Shown piece after piece: positions 54,806 to 64,000 of a stretch of 64,000 bases of DNA (positions within the stretch are counted from its first letter, which is position 1; every line of letters begins with the position of its first letter). The notes below the pieces were generated by a model. The model did not search any database, was not told where the DNA came from, and saw only the letters and a list, made by a program, of their open reading frames with translations. Location: NCBI GenBank assembly GCA_028023455.1, contig JAQFVV010000001.1:27528001-27592000 (forward strand), written 5' to 3'. Made by a program: the position numbers and the translations under genes. The stretch is from Epiperipatus broadwayi (taxonomy: Eukaryota > Animalia > Onychophora).

Positions 54806-55514
54806 TATGTATTGCTTAAACAAAAAATTTATACAGGCAGTTTTATACACATTTTTTGAAAATGTCTAACTACTTGGATCCTGAAGTGTTATTTTGAATT
54901 TTTTAAAAAACTGACCTGAGTCACAATTTTCACAATAACTTCAGTTATTAATAGGCAAAAAACTTTACATTGCTAGAAACTAGAAAAACTAAGGAAAACA
55001 ATAAGTCTAAGATAAATAGTGATAACTGTATAAAAAATAAGGAAAAAAGAAATTTTCACATCCGAAATAATTATTATTTTATTCTTTGTTCATAATTTCT
55101 AATTTATCATTAACTAAAGTTCAAATTACATCTTCAGTGATAATTTATTTGTATTCCTCACAAAATTTCCTTTCTATTAACATATAACACTTCTTACCTG
55201 AGATAATTCATACCTTCATAACCTAACAATTTAGGAAGATAAGAATTCTTCATTTTTTTCTTGCACCTCCAAAGTTGAAAAAAAATCTTTAGGTGTCTGG
55301 AAGAAAAAACGTTCTTTCTAATAAAAGATAAAAAAAAAAAATTCTACCCAAAGTTAAAAATAATGAAGGAAATGGAAATATTGTTACTTACCATTATAAA
55401 TACAATAAAATAGTAAAATGTCATATAATTTGAAATGGGAAAACTCAAAAGCCTGATAAACAAGAATGCACTAAAATTTTCAGTTCATAATTTTCCATTA
55501 TTTGCTCAAAACTA

Positions 55515-55970
55515 TTTTGATTTTAGACTTTGGATAAACCAACCTTGTTCATAACATCATCATACTGAATAACCATTGCCAATACAGAAAACATTTTACA
55601 AATTTAGAATATGAAAAAATTTCTCATTTCAAGAGGCAGTCAAAGATTACCAAAAGATTCTAAGATACATATTTATATAAAAAAATGTTTATAATATTCT
55701 ACCTTTTTCAAGATATGTATTCCAGAGAAGCATACCTGTTCATATTTTGATTTTAGATTTTGGATAAACCAATCTTGTTCATAATATCATCATACTGAAT
55801 AACCATTGCCAATACAGAAAACAATTTACAAATTTAGAATATGAAAAAATTTCTCATTTCAAAAGGCAGTTAAAGATTACTAAAAAGATTCTAAGACACA
55901 TATTTATATATAAAAAAGATTTAAATTCTACCTCTTTCAAGATATGTCTTCCAGAGAAGCGTACATTTTC
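55515..55970. repeat. Tandem duplication (~231-bp unit)
   Basis: ttttgattttaga..tggataaacc..caagatatgt..ccagagaagc occurs twice, ~90% identical by eye. Confidence 0.95.
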
Positions 55971-56049
55971 ATATTATATATTATAAATATGTAAAATATT
56001 AAATATTTCATATTGTTCAATATTATTTATTATTAGTAAAAGATAAATC

Positions 56050-56620
56050 ATTCTAGATCTTGTTTACCAATTGGCAAAAGTAATCAGTAATGAAGCTGTT
56101 ACAAAATTGTAATAAGGAAGGCAATTCACAATCCATTACATTTATCCAATTATGCATACTTTTATCTTTAGTAGCATACATGTTAGTTTTGTCAATAATT
56201 TTACTACATAATTTTTTATCAAAAAATATATGGAAAAAGTATAAAATAGAATACTCACCAGTTGTGGGAAACTTCAAACCTAAAATCTTGGTAAAATTCT
56301 CTATATATATTGGTTCAGCAATTACGTTTGAAGGCACATTACTGCTAGATGAAAAGCTGCTAACATCCGGAGATATAATATTAGATGAAGGGCCTGGTCT
56401 GCTGCTATTGGATTCAGGTAAATTTTGGGTTTTTCTTCATCTTTTGGCTGGTAATGGGGTTTCTTCTGATGATGAAGTGAAATATTCTCGATCGCTGTAT
56501 GAAATAGTTTCATCAAAATCCGCAAACTCATCAACACTAGTAGAATCTGTTTCTGAATCCATTTTTTCCGACTAGTTTTCTTCCATGCTTTTTCCTCCAT
56601 ACAACCTAAAAAAATGAGGA
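56050..56620 (-). mobile_element. piggyBac-like transposase N-terminal remnant
   Basis: Acidic/Ser-rich leader, then YFFHIFFDKKLCSKIIDKTNMYA..HNW..E (cf. PGBD F..FF....IV.ETN.YA..W). Confidence 0.7.
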
Positions 56621-57339
56621 AAAAAAAAAAAAAATTGACCTTACTCGAAAAAAATTCATAAAAAAGTCATTTTTTTGTCTGAGAAAAATATGGTGACTAC
56701 CTACAGAAAGAGAAGAAATAGGCACCGAGAACTATGGTATACATGCATGCATAGTCCGCTTAGTTTTTCCATAATTTCAACAAACGATCTACGACTTACG
56801 CATAGGGTGTACTTATGACTCAAACAGTTTAAGGGCTGAAATTTGCCTGCAAGCTGGAGGTTGCCTACTCTTGTTTTTGAATATTATCTCATGAATGTTT
56901 TCATTCTTTAATCATTCTATATGATTTGAATCTAATCTTTGAGATGATTAATGTGAATTGCATTTTTTTATTATCTGTTAACAAGATCAAAGATTTTATT
57001 GAAAGTAGTTTTTTTTCTTTTAAAATATATATATAGGATTTAAAAAAAATAGAATGGATAATATTTGAATTAATATCAAAAGTATGCAGAAAGAACAAAT
57101 TGTAAAAGATTTGTAAAAAGTTACTTCTAATTAAGAATTTAAAACTCAACTAAAAGTTAATTAAAAAATAAGATACAGTTAAAGCTAAAATAGCTTTTTA
57201 TTCTACTCAAATTGATTTTTTAAAATCACCCAAATTAAGCATCTTTTGATCTGTTCTGTTGTTAAGGAAAGATTTTTAGTTGTTTAGATTAAAGATTACT
57301 GAAGTCTCTCTATTAATGTTATAAATAATTCAAAACTAA

Positions 57340-57960
57340 TAGCTGAACACTTCAATTACCATTTTGTACATAGTGTGGAATTATTAATGAATAATTTTAC
57401 TAACAATTGTAGATCTCTATATAATTTTGATTATGAGAAATCTATTGTGAATTTTTTTGTTTTTAAAGAGATTGAAGGAATTGAAATTTTAGAATCTCTT
57501 TATAAACTAAGACATAAGAAATATGTTGGTTTGGATGGCATCTTTATCAAAATATTAACTAAAAATATTTATATTCTTTTTTGAATATTATCTTTTTTTG
57601 CTTAATTTTTTTTGTATGTTCAGGAATATGTTCTGTGGCATCTATTTATAAAAATGGAGATGGACAATGTTTGAAAAACTACAAGCCAATTTTTAATTTA
57701 TCAACATTGACCCAAATTTTTGAAATATGTATTAAGAAAATAGAATTAGTTTCCTTTTTTATAAATATAATTTGTTTTGAAATAAGTAATTAAATTTTTT
57801 ATCAGGAAAATCTATAGAATTGGCTTTCTGTAAACATGTTTAAGTTAACATTGAATCTTTAGAAAAAGGTCACAAGACTGTATTTTTCATGATTTGTTAA
57901 TTAAATTATTTGAGTATAAGGGATATATATGCTTGTATGAGTTAAATCTTATTTAAACAA
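57340..57960 (+). mobile_element. Degenerate CR1/Jockey-type LINE RT fragment
   Basis: KKYVGLDGIFIKIL and VASIYKNGD..NYKPIFNLSTLTQIFE (cf. PIYKxGD..NYRPISxL..KIFE). Confidence 0.7.
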
Positions 57961-58084
57961 TAGAATCCACTTTGTTAAAATTATAAATATAGGGGATTGG
58001 AACTCAGACTTTCAAGCATTCTTCGACTATCCACACTATCTCATACCACTGATACACATGTCTACACACATGTAGAAAAGATAA

Positions 58085-58143
58085 ATAATAACCAATATAC
58101 ATATTTCATGCCAAAGCAGTACTCATCAGTTGGTCGAGATTAT
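58085..58143 (-). ncRNA. Minimal type I hammerhead ribozyme, copy U1
   Basis: Minus strand: ATAATC-TCG-ACCAA CTGATGA GTACTGCTTTGGCAT GAAA TATGTA TA TTGGT-TATTAT. Confidence 0.85.
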
Positions 58144-58564
58144 CATCTCCAACACACACATATATAATCAGTGCTCAGTTTTATATTAAGATAGCAAACC
58201 CTTGTACTTTAATGAACAGGCTTCAATCTACTCCAACCTCCAACTCTTCAGCCATCCATACCATTGAAATCTGATGTTGGAAAGCTCAAATCCCATGCTG
58301 ATGCCAATATTATTGCCATGCCCATGTTGACCTCAAGTCACCCTGACCCCTCATGTATAGGATCTTATCCATTTAAATACATAGAAGAGGGATGGGCAGG
58401 ATACAGGCTTAATGTGTAAATATTTGAAATACAGGCACTCTTCATATACCTGGAGCCTAATTGTAAATATAGGGGATTTGAACTCAGACTTTCAAGCATC
58501 CTTCAACTATTTACACTATCTCGTACCACCGATACACTTGACCACACACATGTAGAAAAGATAA

Positions 58565-58623
58565 ATAATCACCAATATACATATTTCATGCCGAACCAGT
58601 ACTCAACAGTTGGTCCAGATTAT
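58565..58623 (-). ncRNA. Minimal type I hammerhead ribozyme, copy U2 (core mutated CTGTTGA)
   Basis: ATAATC-TGG-ACCAA CTGTTGA GTACTGGTTCGGCAT GAAA TATGTA TA TTGGT-GATTAT. Confidence 0.8.
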
Positions 58624-59000
58624 CATCTCCCACACATATATATTATCAGTGCTCAGATTTATATTAAGATAGCAAACTTTAATGGACAGGCTCCAGGTAT
58701 ATGAAGAGTGCCTGTATTTCAAATATTTACATATTAAGCCTGCATCATGCCTATCCCTCTTCTATGTATTTAAATGGATTAGATCCTTTACATGAGAGGT
58801 CAGAGTGATTTGAGATCAACATGCGTATGACAATCATATTGGCATTAGCATGGGATTTGAGCTTTCCACCATTAGATTTCAATGTTATGGATGGCTGAAA
58901 AGTTGGAGATTGAAGTAGATTGAAACCTGTCCATTAAAGTATGAGGGTTTGCTATCTTAATGTAAAATTGAGTACTGATTATATATATGTGTGGAAGATA

Positions 59001-59059
59001 ATAATATGGACCAACTGATGAGTGCTGGTTCGACAAGAAATACATATATTGGTGATTAT
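59001..59059 (+). ncRNA. Minimal type I hammerhead ribozyme, copy U3
   Basis: ATAATA-TGG-ACCAA CTGATGA GTGCTGGTTCGACAA GAAA TACATA TA TTGGT-GATTAT. Confidence 0.85.
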
Positions 59060-59450
59060 TTATTTTTTCTACATGTGTGTGGTCATATGTATCAGTGGTA
59101 TAAGGTAGTGTGGATAGTTGAAGATTTCTTGAAAATCTGAGTTCAAATCCCTTATATTTACAATTAGGCTCCAGGTATATGAAGAGTACCTGTATTTCAA
59201 ATATTTGCTAAAATTAAGTATTTTGTTTAATTCTGAAATAATTAGATATGAAGTTCCTCAGACTTTCAGCCGTTGGATTTTTGTTGTTCATTGTTTACTT
59301 TACTAATTAATAACTGTATAGGCTTATTATATACCTGTATCAATATATGTAAATATAGATTATATGAGCACAGACTTTCACTCCACCCACAACTTACCAC
59401 TCTATCTCATATCACTGATACACTTGAACACATATATGTCAAAAAGATAA

Positions 59451-59509
59451 ATAATCACCAATATCCGTATTTCATGCTAAACCAGCAATCATCAGTTGGT
59501 CCAGATTAT
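59451..59509 (-). ncRNA. Minimal type I hammerhead ribozyme, copy U4
   Basis: ATAATC-TGG-ACCAA CTGATGA TTGCTGGTTTAGCAT GAAA TACGGA TA TTGGT-GATTAT. Confidence 0.85.
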
Positions 59510-59769
59510 CATCTCCACACATATATGCAATGAGTGCTCAGATATATATTAAGATAGCCAATCTTCATATTTTAATGGTCATGCTTCATGAATCTTTTTC
59601 ATCTTTTGTTTTGTAAGTAAAACTGCCTTGATTATTTCAAGTTTATTTATCTTCTGGAGAAACTTGTAAATGAGTATCTGATCAAAATGACACAGTAGAT
59701 AAATAAAAACGGATTACTTTTAATTGTTAATATATATATATATATTTCTGGTGTAGTATATTTTATTCC

Positions 59770-60160
59770 TTACTTATTTGTAAGTAGGTTTACATAGGTC
59801 AGAGTAGTTTGAGTTTAAATGAAAGAATAAAGGTTCATAAAAGTAGAGTTAAAAATAGATACCTTAGTTCTGCTTTGTATGTCCCTGAAAAAGATACAGG
59901 TCACACTATTGATTTTGATGAAGCTAAGGTTGTCTTCTTTGAGAGAAATGAAATCAAAAGAAGAATTAAAGAGTCTTTATTATTGAAAATTTATTATTCT
60001 GAAGCAATTAACTTATTTAAGAGTTCTTTTAATATTAAGGGTGGATGGGAAGTGAATGGATTTGTGGGTAGTTTTTAATATATATATATTGTGTAGTTTT
60101 TGTAGTTCTTTACACTTGAGAACTCTGCTTGTAGCAGTGAAACCTTAGGTTGTGTTTTAA
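59770..60160 (+). mobile_element. Penelope-like element 3' fragment (GIY-YIG endonuclease)
   Basis: ..SLNERIKVHKSRVKN..SALYV..TGHTIDFDEAKV..RRIKESLLL..AIN, the typical C-terminal half of a PLE GIY-YIG domain. Confidence 0.85.
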
Positions 60161-60225
60161 TATTATTTTGATGCTGGTCTGGTTTAATTTTGGATTGGGG
60201 TAGTTTTGATTATATATATATATAT

Positions 60226-62400
60226 TATAATGATCTGGAATAGCACTTAACATAATCTGCACTACAAGGGCGCCAACTAGGCATTTGAACCTAGAAAAAT
60301 TTATATAGTAGGCAGATACGTAAGTACAAAAAAATATATATATTTTTATATAATTTGATATCCGGACATTAGCCCATTGTCACTAGCTCAGTGGAATAGC
60401 AGAGATTTATATTTCATAAATTCTTATCTAAGAATAATTTTTTAAAAAAGAATAAAATAAGCCACTGCCAATAATTAACATACAAACATTTATTTACGCA
60501 CATATATATAAATAAAATTTAACATTATTATTTTAGTAAGTTTACTTTAACATCTAACATTATTTTTAACTTTTATTTTTAGATTTTAATTTACATTTTA
60601 ATTTTTATACTATTATAAGTTCGCACAGATGGATTTATAAAAGCTTGTTTTATAATGTTGAGTATAGATCGGTTACATAGATTACACGGTCAAAAACATT
60701 TCAAAATAAACATAAACGATCAAAATACAAAATCATTGATACCGTCAATTGCATAGGGAATACAAGAAACCCACTGGTATTCATCATAAGATACCGCAGT
60801 GACACCAATAACTTAAAAGACATCCGAATAAATACATTTTAGATACTCACCATAAGATATCATTATTTACCGAATGTCTATATATTTTGATCAAATATGA
60901 AAACCAAAAACATAATTAATCGATAACCAATCCATGCAACTTCCATACCCAACTTAACTTTAATGCATTTTTATTTAGAGTGTCGGGTATGAATAGACTA
61001 CATAGATTTGCATTTGAAAGAAAATATTCTATCCTTATTTAACCTTAGGCCAAAAGTTCGCAGTCAAACTAACGTCAATTCATCTGATATATCGATGCAT
61101 TCAATGTAATACGAAATACGGCAGCACAAAAGGTTAAGAGAAGAAATTGCTTCTCATCAGATAGGAATACTACATCTATCTGATAAGAAGAGCAATAAAA
61201 AAAAACTCTATAGGAAAGGACTGCAGTCATTTTTCCGACTTACGAATCTCATTCCATAGGCCAAAAAGGAAGTGTGTGGCATGTAAAGTGATTCTGCTCT
61301 TAGCGAACCTCATACTACATCTACTAACTATACCAATATATCCAATCCATTGACCTAAATCAACTACGAAACAAATAACCTAAGATTACCCTCCCCTAAT
61401 ATAACTTTACAAATCTTTATAGCCATTCACGCCCGACTTAAGTTTAACATTTATATAATTTAATTTATCGCAAAACAAAAATCATAAATAAAACTTAAAG
61501 AACAAAAAAAAAAAAAATGGAAATGATTTTACACAAAGGAAATACATCAAATAAAATTATAACTAATTAATAAATAATTTAGTTTGGTCAGATAGGACTC
61601 TATTTCAATTATTTTAAATACGGTAAGTTTTTAATTTAATGTTCATGAATTATCTATGATAAATTCTTACAGTTTTGAAAGGTCCATAATTTGTAGTTGT
61701 TTGTAATTTCGAACGGGAATTCCCACATCGTTCTGAAGATATTGGTATGTAGTTAGCCGTTGTTTTTTATTTATCCGGAGGTCTTTTACTGTAGCTGGTC
61801 CTTAATGTAGAAAACGATCGGTCACTTCTTTTTCTTTCTTTTTTTTTATAACCACTGAAGGAATTGAAAGTGCATCTTTCAATCCCTTCTCCTCCAATCC
61901 TCTCCAACTTAACACATATCTGTCCTCTTGTAATAACTAACTAATAATTTTCAAACTTTTCCTTTTATATTAATTTTAAGGTTTCAATTGACATTACGTC
62001 ATCGATGTGATGGTCCTTTCGCTGAGGTCCGATTCCATTGTTTTTCTCTCCTATCTGACCATTGCTTATACATTTAAATGCCCAAGGCTAGTTTACATTT
62101 AACTAATTAAAACAATCATTTCCATTTTTCAATAACACCAATTAATTTGTTTTCAAACTTAAAGATATATTTTTATCTCCAAATCTTTTTAAGTTTTTGT
62201 TTTTAAATTACCTTTTCTATTTTTAATAAAGTTTTATTTTAATAATTTTTTTCATCTGTGCGATTTTATATATATGAGTTTAGTATAGAATTTTAATTTT
62301 CAATTTTTAATTCTTAAAAAGGAAGTTTTATTTGCGAACTTTTATTCTTTTCATGTTTACTAATAAAAAAACAATGTAACGTACGTATGTGCCCATTACA
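60226..62400 (-). mobile_element. Solo-LTR-like element, family copy 3 (2175 bp)
   Basis: Ends TATAATG..CATTACA on +; ATAT TSD in (TA)n; near-complete inverted match to 27705-29893. Confidence 0.8.
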
Positions 62401-63189
62401 ATATATATATATTATTCTGTTTAAGAAATGTTTTAGTAAACAACATTTTAATTGAAATACGTTATCTGGATCAACACACATGTCAAAAAATTATGAAACA
62501 CAATAGTACCTTACCTTGGTTTGATTTTAATCAATGACTGACTGACTACCTTGGGATAAATATATTGTTCTTCTTTGAGTGAAATTAAGAAAATTGAATT
62601 TTTCTTTTTAATAGTATCAAAAACTTACATATTTTTTTTTTTTTTACAGACAGACAACTTCCATATTTCTCCATTCTTTTTTATTTCATAAATAATTTCA
62701 TATAAAGATACAATAAAAGACAAATAACCCCAAGATGCATTTCATCCTAAATTTATTCTGTTAAATGTATATAAAGATATATTTAAGAATGTTGTGGTAC
62801 TGCAGCATATTATTTGAAATCTTTACAAACACTTCAAAAGTTTACATTAAGAATTATTTTAAGTTTTTGGCTTGGAAAATATTTGAATTGTATATATGTG
62901 CTGGAGTTATTTTAAACATTTCATGTGAATATTTTAAAAATAAAACAAAAATGTTATTCAAACATTATTGTTAACCAAATTTATGTGATTATGCTTTATT
63001 AAAAATTATTGTTAAGCATCAAAAATATTATCTTGGCCCAAAATATTATAACATTTTTTGAGGAATATTAAATTTAATGTTAATGACTTATCAAGAAAAA
63101 AAATTAGAATAAATTAGTTATGGATTGGATTGTGATTAATAATAATGAAAAACTGTTTATTTGCAATTAACTCTTTAATTACTTATTAG

Positions 63190-63650
63190 TATTTTTGTTA
63201 GGAAGACTATTCCTGGAGTAATGTGTACTATACCTATTTTTGTAAGAAGTTATATATAGGTCAGAATAGTTTGAGCTTAAATGAAAGAATAAAAATACAT
63301 AAAAGTAACATTAGAAATAATTATCTTAGTTGTGCTTTATATATCCATGAAAGAAATACAGGCCACACTATTAGTTTTGATGAGGCTAAGGTCTTCTTTG
63401 AATGAAGTGAAATAAAAAGAATTAAAGATCTTTATTATTAAAAATTTTGGATTCTGAAGCCGCTAAATTATTTAAGAGTTCTTTTAATATTAAGGTGGTG
63501 TGGGATGTAATTGAGAAGTGTGGATAATAATAATAGTACATATTTATTGAATGTTTTTAGTAAATAGTATGTATTTATTGAATGTTTTTATTCCTTTGCA
63601 CTTTATAAGTCTATTTTTGGCAGGGAAACAAATGGTTGTATTATAGAGTT
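63190..63650 (+). mobile_element. Penelope-like element 3' fragment (GIY-YIG), second copy
   Basis: MYYTYFCKKLYIGQNSLSLNERIKIHKS..TGHTISFDEAKV; homologous to 59770-60160. Confidence 0.85.
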
Positions 63651-63701
63651 TATTTTCTTTGGATAATCTTGTTTAGTTTTGAATTGGTGTAATTTTAATA
63701 T

Positions 63702-64000
63702 ATAATAATAATAGTAATAATAATAATAATAATAAGGAGGAGGAGGAGGAGGAGGAGGAGAAGGAGGAGGAGGAGGAGGATGAGGAGGAGGAGGAGGACG
63801 AGGAGGAGGAGGAGGAGGAGGAGGAGGAGGAGGAGGAGGAGGAGGAGGAGGAGGAGGGAGGGAGGGGGAGGAGGAGGAGGAGGAGGAGGAGGAGGAGGAG
63901 GAGGAGGAGGGGGGAGGGAGGGGGGGGGAGGAGGAGGAGGAGGGGGGAGGAGGAGGAGGAGGAGGAGGAGGGGGAGGGAGGAGGAGGGAGGGGGGGGAGG
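63702..64000. repeat. (AAT)n followed by a >260-bp pure purine (GGA)n/G-rich tract running off the window
   Basis: Directly visible; GGA repeats start at 63736. Confidence 0.98.

Larger units (their letters stand above)
57984..59590. repeat. Array of a ~480-bp unit: U1 57984-58463, partial U2 58464-58692, inverted U3 58688-59165 plus a 41-bp stub to 59206, partial U4 ~59375-59590
   Basis: Exact 480-bp period between U1 and U2; U3 is the reverse complement of U1; each copy carries a hammerhead motif. Confidence 0.95.

Noticed and set aside
55515-59590. CRISPR-like or satellite interpretation of the repeats
   Set aside because: Units are 230-480 bp with no short repeat/unique spacer pattern, no cas genes are present, and the context is eukaryotic.
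370-63405. Most short ORFs in the six-frame track
   Set aside because: They are antisense or off-frame shadows of TE relics, or chance AT-rich ORFs (Phe/Ile/Leu/Lys-biased) without recognisable domains; none was called a CDS.

Overview
AT-rich, CpG-depleted eukaryotic (metazoan, probably arthropod) genomic DNA dominated by decayed transposons. No intact protein-coding gene could be supported, and there are no prokaryotic features (no operons, rRNA, tRNA genes or CRISPR). Non-LTR retroelements: a near full-length L1/Tx1-like LINE (1-4200, minus), three RTE-clade LINE fragments, CR1/Jockey-type RT fragments and Penelope-like (PLE) GIY-YIG fragments. LTR-type sequences: a Gypsy gag remnant and three ~2.1 kb solo-LTR-like copies of one family with 4-bp TSDs. 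DNA transposons: hAT, Tc2/pogo-like and piggyBac remnants, plus fold-back MITEs. The most notable signal is a ~480-bp repeat at 58.0-59.6 kb in tandem and inverted copies. Each of four copies carries a recognisable minimal type I hammerhead ribozyme with a palindromic stem III, followed by tRNA-like A/B-box sequences, consistent with a PLE pseudo-LTR array or a retrozyme-like RNA. Further degenerate hammerhead-like motifs lie at about 30.1, 60.1 and 63.6 kb, and possibly 17.2 kb. Scattered + strand exon-like pieces (8.4-23.8 kb) resemble a heavily decayed, intron-containing P-protein/OCA2-like transporter pseudogene (tentative). All family calls are by-eye motif recognition; no database searches were run.
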